NCBI GenBank assembly: GCA_001783595.1
Contig: MFMW01000029.1
Coordinates: forward strand, 1-53,546
Direction: 5' to 3'
Source: Candidatus Kuenenbacteria bacterium RIFCSPHIGHO2_02_FULL_39_13
GTDB taxonomy: Bacteria > Patescibacteriota > Patescibacteriia > UBA2196 > GWA2-42-15
DNA: 53,546 nt
In this document: positions 1 to 8,403 of the stretch, piece after piece
Position numbering within the stretch: the stretch's first letter is position 1
How the letters are laid out: each line of letters begins with the position of its first letter
Position numbers and translations under genes: made by a program
The notes under the pieces: model-generated
The model's input: the letters and a program-made list of their open reading frames with translations, nothing else
Database searches by the model: none
Told to the model about the DNA's origin: nothing

Positions 1-33
1 TAAAAAATTTAAGACTTCATCCTTCTTTTCCAT
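1..33 (-). CDS. 5' end of a gene running off the left edge (MEKKDEVLNFL...), product unknown
   Basis: ATG at 33-31, frame open to the window edge, preceded by a sigma70-like promoter at 56-84. Confidence 0.35.
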   Translation of the reverse strand, partial: MEKKDEVLNFL

Positions 34-55
34 ACTCTTGCTCAATTGCTTAGTT

Positions 56-84
56 AATATAGCAGAAAATCGCAGGAAAGGCAA
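56..84 (-). promoter_or_regulatory. Putative sigma70 promoter
   Basis: TTGCCT-17 bp-TATATT with extended -10 TG on the minus strand. Confidence 0.45.
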
Positions 85-105
85 GGGCTTGCTGATAAAA
101 ATATT

Positions 106-2952
106 TCATAGTTGTAGTTGCTTCAATTTTATTATTGCCAAGCCAACTTCTTTATCATTTACTTTTATTTCATTCTGTACGTTAAAATTCTCCGCAATTG
201 CCTCGGCTAATGTTTGCCGCCTTAATTCATTCTTATATTGTTCAAAAATATTTTTCAATTCTTCATCTTGGCAATTATATTGAATTTCAATTTTATCCTT
301 GATGGTCAAGCCCATTTTTTTTCTCATTTGGTTTATGGTTCTCACCAATTCCCTAAAATATCCCTCCTGTTTTAACACTGGAGTAACTTTAATATCCAGT
401 TCCACGGATAAATCTCCCGCGCCTTGGGCGCATTTTATATTTTTAACATTAACTTCGTCTTTAATTAAATCTAAATAATCTTGAGCTAATTCTTGATTCT
501 TAATTCTTAATTCTGCCAGGGGTTGGCGAACCTTAATGCCCGCTTCGGCCCGCTTGGCTAATCCCAATTCAACTACTTTTCGGGTTAAGGCCATATAGTC
601 CAAAACTTTCTGATCAATCTGCTTAACCATTCCGCCATTGCTAAGCGGCCAAAATTCTAAATGAACAGATTCTTCCTGGCCATTCATTTCTTTATAAATA
701 TATTCGCTGATAAAAGGAGTGAACGGGGCCATTAATTTAATCAGCTTAAGAATAACGCGCTTTAAAGTTTTTAAGGCCGCCAATTTTTCCTTGCTGTTAT
801 CAGATTTAAACCTATCTCTGGAACGGCGAATATGCCAGACTGATAAATCCGTGATAAATTCTTCAATTTTTCTGGCGCTGCTGGTAATGTGATATTTTTC
901 CAATTCTTCGCTTGCTTGTTTAATCAGTAAATTTAATTTTGAATTAATCCACTTATCTAAAATGTTTGCCAGATCTTGATCTGTTAAATCTTCAACCTCA
1001 ACATCTTGGGCAAACATTTTATAAAATGCCAAAACATTTAACAGGGTAATGAAAATCCTAGCGCTGTCTTTGAGTTCTTGTTCCTTAAACCTTTTTGGCT
1101 CTCCCGGCTGGTTGAGCGTGTATAAATGCCAACGCAAGCTATCAGCCCCGTAGCGATCAATCATTAGCCAGGGATCAATCACATTGCCTTTTGATTTTGA
1201 CATTTTTTGCCCGTTTTTATCTAAAATATGGCCTAAGCAGATGACATTTTTATAAGGCGATTTTTTGCCCAATAACGTGGCCACCGCCAGCAAAGTGTAA
1301 AACCAACCTCTTGTTTGATCAATCGCTTCTGAAATAAAATCGGCCGGATATTTTTTGCCTTGATCAATCAGTTCTTTATTGGCAAAGGGATAATGCCATT
1401 GCGCCCAGGGCATTGCACCAGAATCAAACCAACAATCCATTACTTCTGGAATTCTTGTCATTTCATTGCCGCACTGGCATTTTAATTTAATCTGATCAAT
1501 ATACGGCCGATGCAAATCAAAATCATGGGCAACATTTAACTCTTGTCTGGAGCCGATTACCTTAATCTCCCCGCATTGATCACACTCCCAAACTGGAAGC
1601 GGCGTTCCCCAATATCTTTCTCTGGAAACCGCCCAATCTTTTACTTCGTTCAGCCATTCGCCAAAACGGCCGTGTTTAATGTGCGGCGGTATCCAATTAA
1701 TCTGCTCGTTGTTTTTAATTAATTCGTCTTTCAGCTTGCTTATTTTAAAGAACCAGGAGTCCTTGGCATAGTAAATTAATGGTGTTTCGCAACGCCAACA
1801 AAACGGATAATCATGCCGGTAATTTTCTATTTTAAAAAGCAAATTCCTTTTTCGTAAATCTTCAATAATTTCCTGTTCAACATCTTTGACAAATCTTCCC
1901 TGCCATTGGGGCGCTAAGTCATTAAATGTGCCGTCTAAATTCACGCAATGAACTTTTGGCAAACCCACTTTCTCGCCTAACTCATAATCTTCAGCGCCAT
2001 ACATTACGGCAATATGAACAATGCCGCTGCCGTCTTCAGTGGCAACAAAACTGGCCGGATATATTTTAAACGCATTTTTAAAATCTTTGTCACTTTCTTT
2101 AATCACTCCCGGAAACAACGGCTCATACGCCCAGCCGATTAATTTTTTACCTTTTAATTCCTGAACGATTATATAATCCCCTTCAATTTTATTTAACTGG
2201 TTTTTAGCCAAATAAAGATATTCCTGATTTTGTTTAATTTTTACATAATCAATCTGCTCGCCGATTGCCAAAGCAACGTTAGCCGGCAATGTCCAGGGAG
2301 TTGTCGTCCAACTTAATATGCATGCCTGGTCGCCTTTTATTTTAAATTTTACATAAATTGATTCTTCCTCAATATTTTTATAGCCTTGCGCCACTTCGTG
2401 GGAGGATAAACCAGTGCCGCAACGAGGGCATTGGGGCACAACTTTATGGCCTTTATAGAGCAGTCCTCTTTTATAAATTTGTTTTATAATCCACCATAAA
2501 GATTCAATGTAGTTACTGTCATAAGTAATATAAGGATCATTCATATCAATCCAAAAACCAATTCGTTCCGTCAACTTCTCCCATTCCTCTTTATAAATCC
2601 AGACGCTCTGCTGGCATTTTTTATTAAATTCTTCTATGCCATACTCTTCAACGTCTTTTTTATTTTTTAACCCCAGTTGCTTTTCAACCTCCAGTTCAAC
2701 TGGCAAGCCATGGGTGTCCCAGCCTGCTTTTCTTTCTACTCTATAGCCCTGCATTGTCTTGAATCTCGGAATTACGTCTTTAAAAACTCTGGCCAAAACA
2801 TGATGAATGCCCGGCTTGCCATTGGCCGTTGGCGGACCTTCGTAAAACACAAAGTCGCCTCTGGGTGATTCCTTGGCCAGAGTTTTTTTAAAAATACTCC
2901 TGTCTTGCCAGAATTTTAATATTTCTTTTTCTTTTTCCGGAAGATTAACCAT
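106..2952 (-). CDS. ileS: Isoleucine--tRNA ligase, type 2 (IleRS2)
   Basis: FYEGPPTANG, GWDTHGLPVE, WTTTPWT editing motif, DWAVSRERYWG, DQTRGWFY, KMSKS; HIGH motif reads GIHH. Confidence 0.97.
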   Translation of the reverse strand: MVNLPEKEKEILKFWQDRSIFKKTLAKESPRGDFVFYEGPPTANGKPGIHHVLARVFKDVIPRFKTMQGYRVERKAGWDTHGLPVELEVEKQLGLKNKKDVEEYGIEEFNKKCQQSVWIYKEEWEKLTERIGFWIDMNDPYITYDSNYIESLWWIIKQIYKRGLLYKGHKVVPQCPRCGTGLSSHEVAQGYKNIEEESIYVKFKIKGDQACILSWTTTPWTLPANVALAIGEQIDYVKIKQNQEYLYLAKNQLNKIEGDYIIVQELKGKKLIGWAYEPLFPGVIKESDKDFKNAFKIYPASFVATEDGSGIVHIAVMYGAEDYELGEKVGLPKVHCVNLDGTFNDLAPQWQGRFVKDVEQEIIEDLRKRNLLFKIENYRHDYPFCWRCETPLIYYAKDSWFFKISKLKDELIKNNEQINWIPPHIKHGRFGEWLNEVKDWAVSRERYWGTPLPVWECDQCGEIKVIGSRQELNVAHDFDLHRPYIDQIKLKCQCGNEMTRIPEVMDCWFDSGAMPWAQWHYPFANKELIDQGKKYPADFISEAIDQTRGWFYTLLAVATLLGKKSPYKNVICLGHILDKNGQKMSKSKGNVIDPWLMIDRYGADSLRWHLYTLNQPGEPKRFKEQELKDSARIFITLLNVLAFYKMFAQDVEVEDLTDQDLANILDKWINSKLNLLIKQASEELEKYHITSSARKIEEFITDLSVWHIRRSRDRFKSDNSKEKLAALKTLKRVILKLIKLMAPFTPFISEYIYKEMNGQEESVHLEFWPLSNGGMVKQIDQKVLDYMALTRKVVELGLAKRAEAGIKVRQPLAELRIKNQELAQDYLDLIKDEVNVKNIKCAQGAGDLSVELDIKVTPVLKQEGYFRELVRTINQMRKKMGLTIKDKIEIQYNCQDEELKNIFEQYKNELRRQTLAEAIAENFNVQNEIKVNDKEVGLAIIKLKQLQL
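488..514. repeat. In-frame heptamer tandem (AATTCTT) x~4 in ileS
   Basis: aattctt-gattctt-aattctt-aattct, encodes ELRIKNQEL. Confidence 0.6.
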
Positions 2953-3075
2953 ATATATTCATATTCTATATAAAAATTAAAATTTTGGCAAATTTAGCGA
3001 ATTAAGCCTATCTATTTTGGCTTTGGCTAAAAAAATGTTATAATTCAACTATGATTAAAAATTAAAAGCAAAAGT

Positions 3076-3627
3076 ATGGATAATGCCAATATAACTAATA
3101 ATACGGCTGGGCAAAAGACAGCTAAAAAAAGTCTGGGGCCCTGGCTTTATATTTTCATCAGCCTGGTAGTAGTAATTGCTTTGGCTAGCGCATATTTTCT
3201 GATAAACAACTCGCAGCAAGGAGAAAAACAGTCACCGGTGGGAAGCCAGGACAAAAATGCTTTTGAAAAAACAGACAACCAGGGCGATGGTCTGCCGCAT
3301 GAAATTTATTCTTACATGGGAACGGTGGCGGCCGTGGGAGAAAACCAAATAACAGTCACAGCGCCGGCTAATAACAATTATCTCCTGGCAGACACAGAAC
3401 TTAAAGTAATGGTGGACAATGAAACCGAATTGGTTAATCTGATTATTCCTAAAACCTTAGAGGGTGTTAAGCCTGGCGTGTCTGGAGAGTGGTTTAAAAA
3501 GCAACAGATTAAATTTGATCAGATAAAAGTAGGTGATGAAGTAACGGTGATTGCCGGAGAAAATGTTAAAGGTAAAACTGAATTTAAGGCGATTAAGGTG
3601 GAAGTGAATGTCATAAGTAATAAGTAA
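3076..3627 (+). CDS. Membrane-anchored hypothetical protein, possibly an OB-fold/DUF5666-like domain
   Basis: One N-terminal hydrophobic helix; GTVAAVGENQITV...IKVGDEVTV beta pattern; TGnTATAAT upstream. Confidence 0.75.
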   Translation: MDNANITNNTAGQKTAKKSLGPWLYIFISLVVVIALASAYFLINNSQQGEKQSPVGSQDKNAFEKTDNQGDGLPHEIYSYMGTVAAVGENQITVTAPANNNYLLADTELKVMVDNETELVNLIIPKTLEGVKPGVSGEWFKKQQIKFDQIKVGDEVTVIAGENVKGKTEFKAIKVEVNVISNK

Positions 3628-3668
3628 TAAGTAATTAGTAATTAGTAATTAGAAATTAGAAATTAGAA
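3613..3668. repeat. Heptamer tandem array, 8 units
   Basis: ATAAGTA x3, ATTAGTA x2, ATTAGAA x3; supplies the stop codon of the upstream gene. Confidence 0.9.
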
Positions 3669-3676
3669 ATTTTAAT

Positions 3677-4498
3677 TTAATATATCTCCCAATTTTTTCT
3701 TTCCACAATAATAATTCTTTCCTTTTTATTAACGTCATAATAACCTTGGCTGGTAATGGTGATGCCAATGGGCAAACTAACATTGGCTGTTTGCGGGGCA
3801 ATGGTATAGATAACATCAGCCGCGCTGTTATTGGTCAAACGGATGCGGTAGTTAGGGGAATTCCCCAACTGGCCGGAATCTGGAATTTTGCCACTACCCG
3901 TTGTCGTGCTGGTATCAATAACCTCCTGTCTGTCACTGGATAAAATAATAACCTTGCCAGAATGCGCTGGCCAGTCAATAGTGACAGCGCCGGGATAAAA
4001 AGCAAGACTGGCTGGGGTGCTGATATTTAAACTTAATTCAAATGATTTACCTGGTTTAAGGCGCACTTTGAGCGGATTAGTATTTTTCTTAATGACCTCT
4101 TGGCTTGAATTTGCTGCGTAGACACAACTTTTATCTGTTTCCGTGGCTTGGTCAGCAGGGAAACTAATTTTTTGCTGGTCATCAAAGCAGGTAATAGGTG
4201 TGGTATAAATGCCGGCGACATATCTTGTCCAGCTGCCCAGAGTGTTACTTAGATTGCCATCAGCAGGTAAATTACTGGCGTTATGAAAATTTTCAATTTG
4301 ATAAATAGCTTTTTCAATGGCGGTTTCAGCGGCAAAATAAGCGATTTCAGATTGGCTAATGCCTTGACTTGATTTACCGATGCGCAAAATTACATCGGAA
4401 ACAACCAGAGCGATCATCATTAAATTGGCCAAGATTAAAACAGACAGTACTAAAGCAATGCCTGATTGGCGATTTAATTGTTTTTTAAAATAAAACAT
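3677..4498 (-). CDS. PilX-like minor pilin
   Basis: SGIALVLSVLIL N-terminal helix and AYFAAETAIEKA motif; start moved to the ATG at 4498 to avoid overlap. Confidence 0.8.
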   Translation of the reverse strand: MFYFKKQLNRQSGIALVLSVLILANLMMIALVVSDVILRIGKSSQGISQSEIAYFAAETAIEKAIYQIENFHNASNLPADGNLSNTLGSWTRYVAGIYTTPITCFDDQQKISFPADQATETDKSCVYAANSSQEVIKKNTNPLKVRLKPGKSFELSLNISTPASLAFYPGAVTIDWPAHSGKVIILSSDRQEVIDTSTTTGSGKIPDSGQLGNSPNYRIRLTNNSAADVIYTIAPQTANVSLPIGITITSQGYYDVNKKERIIIVERKNWEIY

Positions 4499-4502
4499 AT
4501 TT

Positions 4503-5066
4503 TTATGGGCCGGCCAGCCTTTGGGGAATGGTTTGCTGCACAAACAAATTACGGGTATTAGTGCCACTTGTATTTTGTAAATTTATCACCATAGTCACTT
4601 TGGGAAATTCTTCAGGCGGGTTATCTAAGCTAAAAGGATTTTTATCTGGAGTGATAAAAAAAGTAAGACTGGTAATAGAAACATCGGCTGCAGGAATACT
4701 GGTAAAAACACCGCCAGTTTTGCAGTCTTCAATGCAAACTTCAATACTGCCTCCGGCAAAACGGAAAACCGTTTGATAGCCGCTTTTGTCCAAAAGAGCC
4801 AACTGGCTTTCACCATCGGACACATTAACAGTGCCGCCATCATAATAACTATAATCAATTTTAGAGCTTCTTATTTTTTTGGCAATGACTTCCATAATTA
4901 ACTGGGATTCTTTTTGCAGTTTGGACATTTGAATTGTGCGCTGTTCTGCTTTAAGCGATTGGGAATAAATGCCCAGAGTAAGAGTGAACAGAATGATAAA
5001 AATACCTAAAGCAACAGTCATTTCCAGTAAAGTAAAACCACAATTATTTTTTTTAAAATTTTTCAT
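4503..5066 (-). CDS. Type IV minor pilin (PilW/PulJ-like)
   Basis: Basic leader plus GFTLLE class III signal peptide. Confidence 0.88.
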   Translation of the reverse strand: MKNFKKNNCGFTLLEMTVALGIFIILFTLTLGIYSQSLKAEQRTIQMSKLQKESQLIMEVIAKKIRSSKIDYSYYDGGTVNVSDGESQLALLDKSGYQTVFRFAGGSIEVCIEDCKTGGVFTSIPAADVSITSLTFFITPDKNPFSLDNPPEEFPKVTMVINLQNTSGTNTRNLFVQQTIPQRLAGP

Positions 5067-5070
5067 ATTT

Positions 5071-5613
5071 TTACTGCCAATCAGTCAAATACGTTTCTAA
5101 AGTATAGGAATGGGTCTGACCTTTAAATGTCCAGCTGACTTCGGAAATTATTTTTTTTTCCTTATTAGAATCGCCAGGTTCAACAGTAATCATTCTTTTA
5201 AAATTGGTGAGCTGGCCAGTATCATGGGTGTATTTGCCATTATTTAAATAAAGCTGGCATTGGCTGCAGTCACTGGCCGCGTTGGCGCCAGTAACGCTAT
5301 TGGCAGATAGCGTGGCAGCGGTATTAGGGTCATCGCTGTCTAGATGAAATTTTTGGTTATCATAACTGTTGTCAAAGATGTCAACATCACTCGCCTTATT
5401 CGGATCTTCGCTATTGCGCATAGCGCGCGCAATTTCAATGCCCTCTCTGGCTAAATTAACGACCACGATTTCCTGTTCACTCTGCTGGACATAATTAAAA
5501 GTGGCCAGCAATAAGGTAACAGTGGCTAAAACGCCAATCATTAAAATGCCCAGAGCAATGGTAGTTTCCATCAGGGTCAAGCCTTGGCTATTGTTTTTTA
5601 GATTATTGAACAT
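5071..5613 (-). CDS. Type IV minor pilin (PilV-like)
   Basis: QGLTLME signal peptide; NLAREGIE motif. Confidence 0.85.
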   Translation of the reverse strand: MFNNLKNNSQGLTLMETTIALGILMIGVLATVTLLLATFNYVQQSEQEIVVVNLAREGIEIARAMRNSEDPNKASDVDIFDNSYDNQKFHLDSDDPNTAATLSANSVTGANAASDCSQCQLYLNNGKYTHDTGQLTNFKRMITVEPGDSNKEKKIISEVSWTFKGQTHSYTLETYLTDWQ

Positions 5614-6214
5614 CTATCTTGCCGGTTAGACGACTGATAATAATATTTTTCTTGTATTGCGTTTGCTGATAACCAAGAGTAACAGTGACCTCATCAATAC
5701 TATCGCTGCCATTAAAATAGATAGTGCCATAAGGAGGGATAAAAATAATATTTAAGGCATTGCCAGGAACAACATTGTCAATATAGACATGGCTGTCTAA
5801 CATGCCTATTTGTTGGACTAATGCGTCATTAACGGCATGATCATATTCGTAATCGTAATTTCCGTCCTGATCGGCCTGGTTGGCAAAAAGCGCGTAAGAA
5901 CAGTTGGCAGTACATTTGCTAAGATAAACGCCAAAACCGCCGGCTGGCCTGACGCCATTAACAGTCAAGCCGATTAAGGCATCAATATGAGCCTCGCGAA
6001 TAATAGTGGCCAGCCTTTCCGTCTCATTATTCAGTGCGCCTCTCTGCGTAGAACCTTTAAAATTAGCTATCACCAAAACTGACATAATGGCAATAATACT
6101 GGCGCAAACAATCAACTCAATGATGCTGAAGCCCCGCCCACAACGTTTCGCCAGCCCGCATTGCTGGCGAACATAGTGAGGCGGGCAAACAATTTTATTC
6201 TTTTTAAAATCCAT
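5603..6214 (-). CDS. Type IV minor pilin (FimT/GspH-like) with an 18-aa palindrome-derived leader insertion
   Basis: GFSIIEL signal peptide; C-terminal ISRLTGKI. Confidence 0.85.
   Translation of the reverse strand: MDFKKNKIVCPPHYVRQQCGLAKRCGRGFSIIELIVCASIIAIMSVLVIANFKGSTQRGALNNETERLATIIREAHIDALIGLTVNGVRPAGGFGVYLSKCTANCSYALFANQADQDGNYDYEYDHAVNDALVQQIGMLDSHVYIDNVVPGNALNIIFIPPYGTIYFNGSDSIDEVTVTLGYQQTQYKKNIIISRLTGKIDVQ
6133..6186. repeat. GC-rich palindromic element within the pilin CDS
   Basis: CCCGCC/GGCGGG outer stem, TTCGCCAGC/GCTGGCGAA inner stem. Confidence 0.85.
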
Positions 6215-6983
6215 ACAAATTAATATTTAAATACCATTCAATTATTTTATCAACCCAAAGTAAAGAAATGAACGTGCCAATGGAGAGAAATGCGCCCAAC
6301 GGCACTGTGGATTTCATAGTGGCCCGTTTAGTGATAATCAAGCCAAGGCCAATTATTGAGCCAAGAACATAGCTAATTACCAGAGCAACCAGAATGTTTG
6401 GCCAGCCAAGCATCAAACCAATTAAAATGCCTAAACGAATATCCCCTCCCCCGATCCATTGACCGCGAGAAACAATGAACTGCAAAAAGAAAAATCCTCC
6501 GGCAATTAAGGCGGCGAGCAATAAATTAAGCAGATTATAAAAAAACAAATTAAAAATAAAAGCGATAATTATAGCCGGGATGATAATTTTATCAAGAATT
6601 AAATAATATTTAAAATCATAGATAAAAATGATGATTAGAAATGCAGTAAACGTCCAATTGCGTAAAATTAATAATAGGTTGTAAGTTGTAAGTTGTAAGT
6701 TGTAAGTTGCGATAAAAACAATTAAAAAAAGCATGGCGGTAATTAATTCAACTAACGGATATTGAAGCGATATTTTTTTCCGGCACCAGCGGCATTTGGC
6801 GCGCAACAGAAAATAGCTTAGAAGCGGAATGTTGTCATACCAGTTTATCTGTTTTTTACACTGGGGGCAAAAAGAACGGCCGGTAATAGCTTGCTTATTT
6901 TTCAAACGATAAATTAAGCAATTAATAAAACTGCCAATAATTAATCCCAAAAGAATCACAATAAAATAAAAGAAATAAATCAT
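6204..6983 (-). CDS. pilD: Prepilin peptidase / N-methyltransferase (A24)
   Basis: GSFIN, RSFCPQC...CRWC zinc motif, YPLVE, GGGDIRL; start placed at MIYFFYF (6983). Confidence 0.95.
   Translation of the reverse strand: MIYFFYFIVILLGLIIGSFINCLIYRLKNKQAITGRSFCPQCKKQINWYDNIPLLSYFLLRAKCRWCRKKISLQYPLVELITAMLFLIVFIATYNLQLTTYNLLLILRNWTFTAFLIIIFIYDFKYYLILDKIIIPAIIIAFIFNLFFYNLLNLLLAALIAGGFFFLQFIVSRGQWIGGGDIRLGILIGLMLGWPNILVALVISYVLGSIIGLGLIITKRATMKSTVPLGAFLSIGTFISLLWVDKIIEWYLNINLYGF
6678..6709. repeat. In-frame heptamer tandem (GTTGTAA) x4.6 in pilD
   Basis: Four exact units plus GTTG; encodes TYNLQLTTYNL. Confidence 0.9.
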
Positions 6984-6999
6984 ACTGATATTATAGCAT

Positions 7000-7031
7000 A
7001 AAACCTGCCCTGACAAAATGCCAGGGCAGGT
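7000..7031 (-). terminator. Intrinsic terminator after the PIN toxin gene
   Basis: ACCTGCCCTG/CAGGGCAGGT stem followed by TTT on the minus strand. Confidence 0.7.
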
Positions 7032-7050
7032 GAATGAATATAGGTATATT

Positions 7051-7431
7051 TTAGTCCAGCGGATCAATAATTTGCAAACCCATCACTTTGTCAAAATCTT
7101 TCTTGTTGTGAGTGATTAAAATTAAATTATTGGCTAAAGCCGTAGCGGCAATAACAGCATCGGGCAATTTTAATTTATATTTTTTTCTAATCTCAATTGT
7201 TTTGTCCACAATCTCATCATCCAATTCATTGATTTTAAAATCTTCAATAAATTCTTTGATCTTACGATCTTCTTCGAGTTCTAAACCAGGGTAACTGAAA
7301 AGTTCTATCTTTGTTATAACTGATAAACTAATAAACTCCAACCCTTCAACAATAGCTGCAAAATAGCTACTTAAATTTTTCTGGCTTCTTAGATAATACA
7401 AAATTGAATTGGTATCCAAAGCGTATTGCAT
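7051..7431 (-). CDS. vapC: PIN-domain toxin (VapC family)
   Basis: YALDTN, SVITKIEL, KLPDAVIAATA, LITHNKKDF. Confidence 0.92.
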   Translation of the reverse strand: MQYALDTNSILYYLRSQKNLSSYFAAIVEGLEFISLSVITKIELFSYPGLELEEDRKIKEFIEDFKINELDDEIVDKTIEIRKKYKLKLPDAVIAATALANNLILITHNKKDFDKVMGLQIIDPLD

Positions 7432-7441
7432 AGCTTTAAAA

Positions 7442-7672
7442 TTATAAATCTAAATCTCTATCCCACTCGGCTCTAATTTTCCTCTCATATTTCAGGGGAT
7501 CAATAATAATTCTGTTTTTTAATAATCCTTTATATTGTTTCAGATAAGTCCTGGCAGTTGTTTGTTTTTTTTGCCTAGATAATGCTAAAAGCCCTTCCAG
7601 AATTTTTCTCGGAATTTCAATAGTTACGTTATCGCCTTGAATTTTAGGCTGAACCAAAATAGAATTATTCAT
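7442..7672 (-). CDS. Putative antitoxin partner of VapC
   Basis: 76 aa directly upstream of vapC; C-terminal DPLKYERKIRAEW resembles VapB-like tails. Confidence 0.7.
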   Translation of the reverse strand: MNNSILVQPKIQGDNVTIEIPRKILEGLLALSRQKKQTTARTYLKQYKGLLKNRIIIDPLKYERKIRAEWDRDLDL

Positions 7673-7704
7673 ATATTTAAAACTCGCTTAACTAATGTAA
7701 TTTT

Positions 7705-7733
7705 ATCTTAACAAATTTTAACCAGTAAGTCAA
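7705..7733 (-). promoter_or_regulatory. Putative sigma70 promoter of the TA pair
   Basis: TTGACT-17 bp-TAAGAT with extended -10 TG. Confidence 0.6.
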
Positions 7734-7736
7734 CGA

Positions 7737-7768
7737 CAAAACCCCTCCGAATAACATCGGAGGGGTTG
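7737..7768 (-). terminator. Intrinsic terminator after the major pilin gene
   Basis: AACCCCTCCGA/TCGGAGGGGTT 11-bp stem. Confidence 0.8.
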
Positions 7769-7790
7769 TAAAATACATTCTGTATAATTC

Positions 7791-8282
7791 TTAGGTACAA
7801 GTAATACCATTCGGAGTGGCAGTACAACAGGTGAGACCATAAGTAGTACATGTCAAACCACCAGTCGCGCCCTCAAGCCCAAAAACCAGAGAATAAGTTG
7901 CGCCAGCACCGGCAGTCAGACTGGTATAAGTATAAGCACCGTTGGTTGGCGGAGTTGGCGCGGCAGGAACTTGGCCCATATATGTTGTAAGACAACCAGT
8001 AGCATCAGCTCGGAAACCAACACCGGCAGTGGCTGTACTGCATAGTACTTTTCCGTTGGCTCCCCCCAAAACAACAGCCGCGGCAGAATAAGGATAGGCA
8101 TTAGCATCCACAAAGTAAAGTTCCAAAGCGGTTTGGATTTGTTTAATATCGGAAACTCGTTTGGCGTCACGGGATTTCAGCCTGGCGTTATTTAAGGCAA
8201 CAACAGACAAAGTGGCTAACAGGCCGATAATAGCAATAACCACTAACAACTCAATTAAAGTAAAACCTTTTTTATTTTTCAT
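7791..8282 (-). CDS. pilA: Probable major type IV pilin (PulG-like CPR pilin)
   Basis: MKNKKGFTLIELLVVIAII; RDAKRVSDIKQIQTALELY; Cys-rich C terminus; has its own promoter and terminator. Confidence 0.88.
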   Translation of the reverse strand: MKNKKGFTLIELLVVIAIIGLLATLSVVALNNARLKSRDAKRVSDIKQIQTALELYFVDANAYPYSAAAVVLGGANGKVLCSTATAGVGFRADATGCLTTYMGQVPAAPTPPTNGAYTYTSLTAGAGATYSLVFGLEGATGGLTCTTYGLTCCTATPNGITCT

Positions 8283-8370
8283 AATTTTAGTAAAATTATA
8301 TTTTAATATATCTAGCTAGATTTAATAAACCATTTTAATTAATCGACCTTTATTTATTATTAATAATTAT

Positions 8371-8379
8371 TTATCCACA
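8371..8379 (+). promoter_or_regulatory. Perfect DnaA box in the pilin leader region
   Basis: TTATCCACA just downstream of a TGnTATAAT -10 (8385-8393, minus strand). Confidence 0.4.
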
Positions 8380-8403
8380 GTTTAATTATAACATATTTTT
8401 AGC

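Noticed and set aside
3613..3668. CRISPR array
   Set aside because: Contiguous 7-nt units without spacers; no cas genes in the window.
8371..8379. Replication origin
   Set aside because: A single DnaA box with no cluster and no dnaA/dnaN nearby.
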